Source: Bdellovibrionales bacterium
GTDB taxonomy: Bacteria > Bdellovibrionota > Bdellovibrionia > Bdellovibrionales > JAGQZY01
Assembly (NCBI GenBank): GCA_031426555.1
Contig: JANPLN010000025.1
Coordinates: 74,199 to 138,198 of the forward strand
Reading direction: 5' to 3'
DNA: 64,000 nt
In this document: positions 19,532-27,837 of the stretch, piece after piece
How positions within the stretch are numbered: the stretch's first letter is position 1
How the letters are laid out: the number at the start of each line of letters is the position of its first letter
Translations under genes and position numbers: made by a program
Notes under the pieces: generated by a model
Told to the model about the DNA's origin: nothing
The model's input: the letters and a program-made list of their open reading frames with translations, nothing else
Databases searched by the model: none

Positions 19532-20884
19532 ATGAAAATTCTCATCACCGGCGGCACTGGTCTCATCGGAAAAAAACTTGGCATCGCGTTGGTTAAAAAA
19601 GGCCACACTTTGGTCGGTATTACCCGCAGCGCCAATCAGGCAAAAATTAGTGCTCCCTACCCTGCCACCTGGATCGAATGCGACCTCAACACCACTGTGC
19701 CCGACCTGAAGGATCACGACATCGACGGTGTTATCCATCTGGCTGGCGAAAACGTGGGCGAAAAAAATTGGTCCCCCGAACAGAAGGAAAAAATCCTACA
19801 GTCGCGCAAAAAAGGCACAAAAAATCTGCTCGCGGCAGTCAACGTTAAAAAAATACAGTTTTTCGTTGGCGCCTCGGCTGTGGGAATCTACGACTGGAGC
19901 ACCGATGATTCGATGCGCACCGAGGACAGTGCCCCGGCGTCGCACTTTCTGGCCGAAGTGACGCGGGCGTGGGAGCAAGAGAGCTTAAACTGCAAAGCTC
20001 GCACGGTGCTGTTTCGCATTGGCGTTGTGCTTTCCACCGAAGGCGGTGCTTTGCCTAAAATGGTGTTTCCTGCACAAGTATTTGCTTCAAGCCCCCTTGG
20101 CAGTGGCCAGCAATGGATGAGCTGGGTACATATTCACGATGTGGTCGGCGCCATGGTTTTTGCCATTGAAACAGCGTCGATGAACGGTGTTTACAACCTT
20201 GTGGCTCCTGAAACCGCTCGCCAAAAGAAGATCGCGCAACAGATCGCAAAACAGCTCAACAGTTTTTACGGACCTCCGGTGCCGCAGTTTATGCTCAAAC
20301 TGATTCTTGGTGAACAGGCGGCCCTGGCGATCAATTCTTTAAACGTGAGTTCGCAAAAGTTAGTGAACGCAGGTTACCGGTTTCACTTTTCAAATGTGGA
20401 CGCCGCCCTAGAAGATTTGCTGTCGACTTGGAAAAATGGCGTGGCTGTGAAGATCTATCAACAGTACTTTCCCCTTCCCAAAGATAAAGTTTTTGCTTTT
20501 TTCGCCGATGCGAAAAACCTTGAGCAAATAACGCCTAAAACTTTGAACTTTCAAATTACAAAAATGTCCACGGAACGTATTCAAAAAAACACAACGATTG
20601 ATTATAAGCTTAAAATCCATTCCGTTCCCGCCCGCTGGCGAACCCACATCGACACATGGGAGCCAAATACATCCTTCTCGGATTCTCAAATGAAAGGTCC
20701 CTATTCTATTTGGCACCACACGCATACTTTCGAGCAGCTAGGTTCAGGCACACTGATGACGGATATCGTTCGGTATAAACTGCCAGCTGGACTTGTGGGT
20801 CGGTTGGCCGCGCAGGCGTGGGTGGACTCGGACGTGGAGAAAATTTTTGCCTATCGACGGGAATCCGTGGGCGTCCTGATTTAA
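19532..20884 (+). CDS. TIGR01777/YfcH-type NAD-dependent epimerase fused to a C-terminal SRPBCC domain
   Basis: ITGGTGLIG Rossmann motif, IHLAGE, GGALPKM; C-terminal VFAFFADAKNLEQITP...GPYSIWHHTH. Confidence 0.88.
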   Translation: MKILITGGTGLIGKKLGIALVKKGHTLVGITRSANQAKISAPYPATWIECDLNTTVPDLKDHDIDGVIHLAGENVGEKNWSPEQKEKILQSRKKGTKNLLAAVNVKKIQFFVGASAVGIYDWSTDDSMRTEDSAPASHFLAEVTRAWEQESLNCKARTVLFRIGVVLSTEGGALPKMVFPAQVFASSPLGSGQQWMSWVHIHDVVGAMVFAIETASMNGVYNLVAPETARQKKIAQQIAKQLNSFYGPPVPQFMLKLILGEQAALAINSLNVSSQKLVNAGYRFHFSNVDAALEDLLSTWKNGVAVKIYQQYFPLPKDKVFAFFADAKNLEQITPKTLNFQITKMSTERIQKNTTIDYKLKIHSVPARWRTHIDTWEPNTSFSDSQMKGPYSIWHHTHTFEQLGSGTLMTDIVRYKLPAGLVGRLAAQAWVDSDVEKIFAYRRESVGVLI

Positions 20885-20950
20885 GACGTTTTTGCAAAAA
20901 TACTTTCAGGCGTTTCCCATCCCCTCTAGAATGAAAATATCTCCTGAGGG

Positions 20951-22282
20951 GTGTATTTGGGGTCTCATTTTAAGTCTCACTTTAAAACGGTGGCGCAATC
21001 ACTTATAATTCTGTTTTGCGTGTCTGGCTTTATGCTTTTTCAAAATTGCGACTCTTACTATTCCGTAGGGCAACGCTCTGGAGAGAGCATTGCAGGCTTT
21101 ACCTTGGACTCCAAAGCGCAAACTATCCTGAGTCAAAACTGCTATGCCTGCCACACCGACACGCAAAGTGCTGGTGGAGTTTCGCATCTCGATAACACAA
21201 ACCTCATGGTGGATGACGGAGTCATTGTCCCGGGAAATTCAGAAACCTCACCTCTGATCAACGCCCTCGAAAGCAGTTCCATCCCCGAGCACGCACTCTC
21301 CGAGCAGAGCATGTCCATTTTGCGTGATTGGGTTGTCAGCTTAAACGATCGCTTCTCTCCGCCCGATGTCACGCAACCTCCAACGTGCACATTGACTGTT
21401 GATAAAGCGGCCATCCTGCTTGGCGAAACTGTTACCGCCACGTTACAAATTACAGGAAAGGCGATCTCGGCTCGCATCCATGGTTTACCGGTAAATCCCG
21501 ACGGAGCCGCGCGAATGATTTCGCCCACAGCCACAGGCACCATTCAGGGCCAAGTGAGCAACGCGGCTGGAACGTCGCTTTGTCAAAGCGCTTCGGTTCA
21601 AGTCACCACAACTCCGGTGGAGCCGGGAAGTTTAGTTCCACGCTGTGCACTGTTAGCAAGCACCACCTCGGCAGTGCCAGGTGACACTGTCACTCTCGAG
21701 TTAAGCATTACGGGAATTGCTACCAGCGCTTCCATTAACAGCGTAGCGGTCGCAATCCCCGGAGGAGGAGTTTTTCCCTCGGTTGTTGTGAGGCCGATCA
21801 ATCAAACAACCTATTCCGCTCGGGTGGATGGCGGCGGTAGCTTTAGCACTTGCTCCACCATCGTTGCCACAAAAACCACAGCCCAGATGACCAAGCAAGA
21901 GTACTATCGCGCAAAGGTGGGCCCCGGGGGAGCTTCAGTGGACGATTTACTAATTCGCGCACGTCGTTCTAGAAGTAGCACCTACGGTGGAAGTTGTATT
22001 CACTGTCACACCAATAACACTGTGCCCAGCGCCCAATCGCGCGCCCGATCGTTTTTTGTACTTGTGAGCAACGATCCCAATCTCAACTACAACGCCATTA
22101 GAAACATCACAGACCCCTCGGATTCCACTCGAAAATGGAACCTCACCGTATCTCCGCAAAGTTTATACAATTACGCTGCCGGACACAGAGCTTCGGCTTC
22201 TTATTCGTCGTACTCTGGGTTGGCCTACCGATATAGCCCCGCAGAACTCACGCACATCCAAAACTTCGTCAGTAAACCCTAA
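20951..22282 (+). CDS. Lipoprotein c-type cytochrome with two heme motifs and two Ig-like repeats
   Basis: FQNC lipobox; CYACH and CIHCH; PGNSETSPL; two repeats PxCxL...GxTVT.LxITG. Confidence 0.75.
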   Translation: MYLGSHFKSHFKTVAQSLIILFCVSGFMLFQNCDSYYSVGQRSGESIAGFTLDSKAQTILSQNCYACHTDTQSAGGVSHLDNTNLMVDDGVIVPGNSETSPLINALESSSIPEHALSEQSMSILRDWVVSLNDRFSPPDVTQPPTCTLTVDKAAILLGETVTATLQITGKAISARIHGLPVNPDGAARMISPTATGTIQGQVSNAAGTSLCQSASVQVTTTPVEPGSLVPRCALLASTTSAVPGDTVTLELSITGIATSASINSVAVAIPGGGVFPSVVVRPINQTTYSARVDGGGSFSTCSTIVATKTTAQMTKQEYYRAKVGPGGASVDDLLIRARRSRSSTYGGSCIHCHTNNTVPSAQSRARSFFVLVSNDPNLNYNAIRNITDPSDSTRKWNLTVSPQSLYNYAAGHRASASYSSYSGLAYRYSPAELTHIQNFVSKP

Positions 22283-23274
22283 ACGACGACGAGGCCGATG
22301 TTTTTATACACAGAACGAAGCGTCACTTGCGCTTTCTCGTTGGCCCGGGCTTGATTGTTTTTAAGAATTTGCAAAAGCTGAGCGGGATCTGCCATTAACT
22401 GATTGTACTTTTCTTGCACCGGCGAAAGCGTTTGCACAACAATCTCCGCAAGATCGGTTTTAAAGTGACCATACATTTTTCCATCAAAGGTCTTTTCGAT
22501 CTCTGCATAGGATTTTCCAGTCAAAGCTGAGTACATGGTCATTAGATTTGAGATGCCGGGCTTTTTTTCCAGATCAAAATACACCCGCGGTGGAGTTTCG
22601 GAATCCGTCACCGCTGATTTTATTTTCTTTTCAATTTTTTTAGGAGCATCTAAAAGCGAAACATAGTTATTGGCGTCTTCGTCGGACTTCGACATTTTTT
22701 TCGTCGGGTCCTGAAGACTCATAATTCGCGCACCAAGCTTAGATATAAAAGGCTCTGGAACTTTAAATGTGACACCAAACTTTTTATTAAAACTTTCGGC
22801 GAGATCTCGAGTGAGCTCAAGATGCTGCTTTTGATCTTCTCCCACGGGCACAAGATCTGTTTGATACAATAAAATATCTGCAGCCATCAGCACCGGATAG
22901 GCGTACAAGCCCGTGTTGATCTCCCGGGTTTGTTGAGATTTGTCTTTAAACTGCGTCATGCGATTCAGCGCGCCCATGGGCGTGTGGCAGGTTAATATCC
23001 AGGTGAGTTCGGCGTGGGCCGGAACCTGTGACTGCATAAAAATCACGTTTTTAACAGGATCCAAACCGCAAGCTAAATACTGCGCTAAAAAACTCAAACA
23101 TCGTTCGCGAAACTCAGAGGGGTCTTGCTTCACCGTGAGAGCGTGCAAATCGGCCACCATATAAAAGCAATCGTACTCATCTTGCATTTTGGTCCAGTTG
23201 AGAACGGCGCCGATGTAATTACCAAGGGTGAGAGATCCCGTTGTCGTGCTGCCGCTGAGTAATACCTTCTTCAT
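22279..23274 (-). CDS. trpS: Tryptophanyl-tRNA synthetase
   Basis: TLGNYIGA (HIGH-like), VPVGEDQKQH, KMSKS. Confidence 0.97.
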   Translation of the reverse strand: MKKVLLSGSTTTGSLTLGNYIGAVLNWTKMQDEYDCFYMVADLHALTVKQDPSEFRERCLSFLAQYLACGLDPVKNVIFMQSQVPAHAELTWILTCHTPMGALNRMTQFKDKSQQTREINTGLYAYPVLMAADILLYQTDLVPVGEDQKQHLELTRDLAESFNKKFGVTFKVPEPFISKLGARIMSLQDPTKKMSKSDEDANNYVSLLDAPKKIEKKIKSAVTDSETPPRVYFDLEKKPGISNLMTMYSALTGKSYAEIEKTFDGKMYGHFKTDLAEIVVQTLSPVQEKYNQLMADPAQLLQILKNNQARANEKAQVTLRSVYKNIGLVVV

Positions 23275-23933
23275 TCTTTAATGACCACTTTGTTAGAGAG
23301 TTCATTGGGATTATTCACAGTTGCCGGAAACTTTTCAATCAATAAGTGCGAACAGGCGTCCAGGCCCTTTTGGATTCCTAAAGCCATTTTTTTATTTTTT
23401 AATCCCGACACCACTTCATCCACGGCCGACTGCCACGTGTCGGCTGGAAGTTTTTCGGCAATTTTTTTATCGGCGAGCACAATCACCACATGTTCCAACA
23501 ACGAAATATAAATAAGAACACCCATGCTGTCGTCGGTGTGGTGCAAGCGATTTTCGTAAAACTCGATTCGCGCCCGCTTCCAGCACTGCTCAAGCTCTTC
23601 CGCTCTTAATGTTAGCAAACGACGAACTCTGCCATCGCGAACTAAAAACGCAGCTCCCCAAAAGATAATAAAAAGACCACCGAGCAACAAACCCACCGCG
23701 CGATAGAGGTAATCCCAATACAGATGGGGAACTAATATTTCCCAAAGAATTAAAAACACCATTGAAAAGAGGAGGATTAAAGTCACCTGCGCCTGAGCAT
23801 AGGCCGACGACGATCGCACAATCACCGGAACAATTTCCGCTTGGGTTTTGAACTCGATCTTTTCGATCTGCTCTTCGATGCTTTGGATTTCATCCTGCTT
23901 TAAATATTTGGAAAGCCACTTTGGAATTACCAT
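23271..23933 (-). CDS. TPM-domain membrane protein
   Basis: E..TQAEIVPVI, GVLIYISLLEH...LAD, NPNELSN; part of lemA operon. Confidence 0.85.
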   Translation of the reverse strand: MVIPKWLSKYLKQDEIQSIEEQIEKIEFKTQAEIVPVIVRSSSAYAQAQVTLILLFSMVFLILWEILVPHLYWDYLYRAVGLLLGGLFIIFWGAAFLVRDGRVRRLLTLRAEELEQCWKRARIEFYENRLHHTDDSMGVLIYISLLEHVVIVLADKKIAEKLPADTWQSAVDEVVSGLKNKKMALGIQKGLDACSHLLIEKFPATVNNPNELSNKVVIKE

Positions 23934-24694
23934 GATCCTGACGCTCCTCCACCACTAAAGCCACCGCCGCCGCCACTCCAACCGCCACCGCCGCCACCGG
24001 ATCGACCGCCAAAACCGCCGCCCATGAGGCTTCCCAGCATAAAGCCCGAAAGACCGCCGCGCATGCCACTGCCACGCATTCCTCGGCCGCCACCGTTGGC
24101 GAACATCAAAAATAAAAAAATCAATAACATTAAAATTAATTTTCCCCAGTCTTGCCCGCCGGAGCGCGCTGATACGCGCGTGGGAATCTCTAAAAACTCT
24201 GCGAGATCATACGGTGGGTCCATGCGTCTGAGAATTTCGCTCACGCCCAGTAAAATACCGTCGCTGGTGGCGCCTTTTCTAAAAAGTGGAACCATCACGT
24301 CGTCGATTATACGTCGGCTGTAGGCATCTGTGAGATCGCCCTCAACACCTTGGCCCACTTCGATGCGAATTTTTCTTTCGCTCTTTGCGACCATCAGCAA
24401 AATGCCGTTATCTTTTTGCTCGGTGCCGAGCTTCCAGGCTTGTGCCACCTGAATGGCTGCCTCTTCGATGGTGAGGGAATCAAGGGTATCCACCGTGAGC
24501 ACTGCCAGTTGCGGGCCGCCCTTGGCGTGGATCACTTTTAAAGCATTGGCGAGTTTTTGCTGCGTCGAAGACTCAAGCAACCCCGCTTGATCCATCACAC
24601 TGTCGGTTAACTGCGGAACTTCGAAGGCCTGAGAAAAACTCAAGCCAGCGAAAGTGATCAACGCAAAAATCCAACCGACAGACGTGCGATGCAT
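23927..24694 (-). CDS. TPM-domain protein (YgcG family)
   Basis: WKLG..KDNGILL..RIEVGQGVEG; Gly-rich tail ending GGGASGSW. Confidence 0.92.
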   Translation of the reverse strand: MHRTSVGWIFALITFAGLSFSQAFEVPQLTDSVMDQAGLLESSTQQKLANALKVIHAKGGPQLAVLTVDTLDSLTIEEAAIQVAQAWKLGTEQKDNGILLMVAKSERKIRIEVGQGVEGDLTDAYSRRIIDDVMVPLFRKGATSDGILLGVSEILRRMDPPYDLAEFLEIPTRVSARSGGQDWGKLILMLLIFLFLMFANGGGRGMRGSGMRGGLSGFMLGSLMGGGFGGRSGGGGGGWSGGGGGFSGGGASGSW

Positions 24695-25276
24695 CTAAAA
24701 GGTCACTTGTGGTGCTTTTTCGATCTGCTCTTTTTCGCCCTCAGCAACCGACCATTGTGCCATTTTATCGTGGTGAAAAAACAATGTGTTGGTTAAATTT
24801 GTGGGAAACACCGTCACTAAATCGTTAAACTGACGAATCGCTTCGATATGTTCACGTCGCGTGTTCGTGATGCGATTTTCCGTGCCTTCAAGCTGCGCCT
24901 GTAAATCGCGAAAGTTTTGATCGGCCTTCAACTGAGGATAGTTTTCCGAAATCACCATGAGTTTTCCTAAGGCCTGGGACAACTGTCCTTGAGCTTCCTG
25001 AAATTTTTGTAACTGCTCCGGCGTTGATTTGCTTGGGTCGATCGTCATGCTGGTGGCCTTGGCGCGCGCGTTCACAACTCCTTCGAGGGTGTCTTTCTCG
25101 TGCCCGGCGTAGCCTTTTACTGTTTGCACGAGGTTTGGGATTAAATCCGCACGGCGCTTGTACTGATTGGTGATGTTGGCAAATGTCTCATCCACACGGT
25201 TTTTAGATTTAGGAATGGACTGCACGCCGCAGGCCGTGAGGGATAAACCAAGAATCAGTGCTAAAAAGAAACGCAT
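24695..25276 (-). CDS. lemA: LemA family lipoprotein
   Basis: QYKRRADLIPNLV.TVKGYA.HE and ENYPQLKA..F..LQ.QLEGTENRI; AAGGAG SD before ATG 25276. Confidence 0.95.
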   Translation of the reverse strand: MRFFLALILGLSLTACGVQSIPKSKNRVDETFANITNQYKRRADLIPNLVQTVKGYAGHEKDTLEGVVNARAKATSMTIDPSKSTPEQLQKFQEAQGQLSQALGKLMVISENYPQLKADQNFRDLQAQLEGTENRITNTRREHIEAIRQFNDLVTVFPTNLTNTLFFHHDKMAQWSVAEGEKEQIEKAPQVTF

Positions 25277-25396
25277 ATTTTGTACTCCTTGAAAGAAACT
25301 GGAATAGAACCAGCTTTGTAGCCTCAATATGGTGATATTTTTACAGATTGCAAGTAGAAGCGTTGCATTATCCCCGCGTATTAAGGATAACAGGAC

Positions 25397-25873
25397 ATGA
25401 TGTTTTTTGTATTCAATTCCGTGGTTTTAATGGCCGCTGCCGCCGATATGTGCTGGGAGCGGGAACGCAATCCCTACAGCGAAGCGACCTATACCGAGGT
25501 GGAATGGTATGATCATACTCAGGCCTGGAATGCGCTTCAGCCAGAAGAACCTAGTTTGTTAAGTTTATTTTGGGCCCACCAAACTTACAAACAGGAGCTT
25601 GATACAGCCAAAACTCTAAAAAACGACAAACGCAAACACTGTTACATCGGCTGCCGTATCGCTCAGGATACATCTCTCGAAGTGAGCACCTATGTAGGTT
25701 GGCTCAAAGAGTCCGAAGATCTCGCCGACTGCAATCGCAAAACGTTATTCGAAACCTTGGATTACCAAAGTACAATTGACGGCGCTCAGCAAGGTTCACT
25801 CGTTAGCGAGCCGCAAGAGTGTTATGATTTTTGCGAATCCTACAAAGCTCCAAAAAACCGCATGGAGCTGTGA
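25397..25873 (+). CDS. Small exported Cys-containing hypothetical protein
   Basis: AGGA SD, signal-like N-terminus, DKRKHCYIGC motif. Confidence 0.6.
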   Translation: MMFFVFNSVVLMAAAADMCWERERNPYSEATYTEVEWYDHTQAWNALQPEEPSLLSLFWAHQTYKQELDTAKTLKNDKRKHCYIGCRIAQDTSLEVSTYVGWLKESEDLADCNRKTLFETLDYQSTIDGAQQGSLVSEPQECYDFCESYKAPKNRMEL

Positions 25874-25901
25874 AGTCGTGCTTCCCAGTCGATGCAACTA
25901 A

Positions 25902-27314
25902 TTAAAGTTCCAAGAGAATGTCTTGGCCGTCTGGTTTGACGGTCTGATAAAAGCGCATGGCGTAAGCGTCTTGCTGTTTGTGCAGCTCCCACTTCCAATG
26001 TTTTTTGTCAAAAGAGATTTTACTTTTAATCGGCAGCGCTTGCAGCACCTTGCCTTTGTGATCCATTTTTAAAAACTGAGTCAGATGTAATCCGCGTGAT
26101 GAGACCGCACGTAGCGCGTGCATCTCGTCGTCGAAATACAGAGCTTCTAAATTAAATGCATAACCGGCGTGCAGCGCCATCCACTCGCCTGTGGTCACGT
26201 CGTAGCGATACATCTCCCCGCCGCGCTCATCGTTGTAAACGTAGAGAGCTTTTTGCAGCGGACTGACTGTAGCTGTTTTTATGTATTGGGCGTAAGGCAT
26301 ATTTTTAGGCATGTACATGCGGACGAAATCTTTTTTCTCAATATCCCACTGCCAGAGCAAATAATTTTTTAAAATAAAAAGATTTTTACCCACCACCAAA
26401 ACTTGCTGCGTCTTTGGCGGCAAACTCAATTCTTGCTCGGCAAAAAAAACTTTTTGCGGCTGGATGCTTCCATCGAGGCGCTGCCAAATTACTGGCGAGG
26501 CCAGAGTACGTGGGGCGGTGGGTGGTGGCTCAGCCCAGGCTGGCGCGGGCTGCTTGCTTGGGACGTTTGCTGGAGCTTCTGCGGCGGCTGCGCTAGAGTC
26601 TACACTTGCCAGGCCGCGCACCTTATCAAACATCGGGATACGGAATTCTTTGCCAATCACAGCGCCTTGAAAGTTTGTAATTTCAAGCCCGGTGATTTTT
26701 TTAAGCACCGAACTTAAAATGCGAAATTCATTGTCGGGGTTAAAAGCCTCTTCCCACGCGTAGGGATAGCTACACATTTTTTCTTTTGGCAAATACTCGA
26801 TGGGCGTGTTTGGTGGCAGCCCTTGCAACCAAACAATTTGTGGAGTCGCCACAATCACTTTGTCGATCTTGGCCCCTTGATCCACTTGAAAGCTCCACTC
26901 CAACCGTTGGCGACTGACGAGGGCAAGCACCTGGGGTTTTGGCGAGGCCTTCACGCGCACGCGAATCAATCCGCCCTCGTCCATTTGCGCGAGACGAAAT
27001 GGCGGCGCTGCTTGCACGGCAATCAACTGCAAATCTTTTGTTTGTTCCGCGCGCTGCCACGTCATATGTGAAAACACACAGTCACTGCCTTCGCATTTCG
27101 ATTGCGAAATTGAATTTGCAGAAACGTCCCAATATTTTTCGTCGGAAAAAAAATTTTCCGTGCATTCAGCTTTTACGTTGGATGTATTTTGCACCAGTCG
27201 GTATTGGGCTTGGTCTTCCATATTTTTCATAAAAAACAAAAGACCCGCTTGCAAGATAACGAGGGAAAGTAACATGGCGACGAGCATTTTATTCAGCGCT
27301 TCGAGAAATCTCAT
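25902..27314 (-). CDS. Membrane-anchored hypothetical protein
   Basis: 470 aa ORF; N-terminal TM; Pro/Ala linker; beta-rich C-terminal domain. Confidence 0.65.
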   Translation of the reverse strand: MRFLEALNKMLVAMLLSLVILQAGLLFFMKNMEDQAQYRLVQNTSNVKAECTENFFSDEKYWDVSANSISQSKCEGSDCVFSHMTWQRAEQTKDLQLIAVQAAPPFRLAQMDEGGLIRVRVKASPKPQVLALVSRQRLEWSFQVDQGAKIDKVIVATPQIVWLQGLPPNTPIEYLPKEKMCSYPYAWEEAFNPDNEFRILSSVLKKITGLEITNFQGAVIGKEFRIPMFDKVRGLASVDSSAAAAEAPANVPSKQPAPAWAEPPPTAPRTLASPVIWQRLDGSIQPQKVFFAEQELSLPPKTQQVLVVGKNLFILKNYLLWQWDIEKKDFVRMYMPKNMPYAQYIKTATVSPLQKALYVYNDERGGEMYRYDVTTGEWMALHAGYAFNLEALYFDDEMHALRAVSSRGLHLTQFLKMDHKGKVLQALPIKSKISFDKKHWKWELHKQQDAYAMRFYQTVKPDGQDILLEL

Positions 27315-27785
27315 ACATTGTTATCGGAATTTTGCTCGTGAGGCTGTAACACTATATGTGGGGTATGCTGCGAATCCGGACCGGCGGGTGTAGTGTTTTT
27401 AAGCTCTACCAAAGTCCTGCTGCACAGAACCAAAGCAAAATAATTTTGTAAACAAACAACGTTAAGCAAAAAACTTTGACGTGCCTCAGAGCTCATCAAT
27501 TGGCTATTCACCAGAAATATCAACGCACTAACGCTGCCCGACAGTTTCATGTCGCTACTGCCTAAAAAAAAACATTTTTGGACGTGGAAATCAGGTTTGA
27601 CTCTCCCTGTCCACACAACTACCGTTTTTATTAAGGGACACTTCTTTTCACAACAAAGGAAGACTGCCCTGGGGTAATCGTTAAATTCCAAACGAGAAAA
27701 AGCTTCGACGGCTTAAGGCCTTCTACGCTTTTGAGAATATGTTTTTACGAAAATATTTTCAAAGCTCGGGAATTGCTTACTCTAA

Positions 27786-27807
27786 AATGACACACAAATG
27801 TGTCATT
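27786..27807. promoter_or_regulatory. Palindromic operator-like site upstream of nrdA
   Basis: aatgacaca-caaa-tgtgtcatt, a perfect 9 bp inverted repeat about 30 bp before the start codon. Confidence 0.4.
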
Positions 27808-27837
27808 AACAAAGACGCCATCGGGGGAGGGCACAAC

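Noticed and set aside
19472..19738. N-terminal extension of the chalcone-isomerase-like ORF
   Set aside because: Overlaps the divergent TIGR01777 gene; the real start is more likely ATG 19471 with a signal peptide
23935..24100. GCC/CCA-rich repetitive tract
   Set aside because: Encodes the normal Gly-rich tail of the YgcG-type TPM protein
27311..27691. 126 aa minus-strand ORF in the nrdA upstream region
   Set aside because: No SD, atypical composition; more likely regulatory DNA
27560..27720. Cobalamin riboswitch upstream of nrdAB
   Set aside because: Only a weak aagactgcc resemblance; the B12-box and GCCACTG/GGGAAG core are not found
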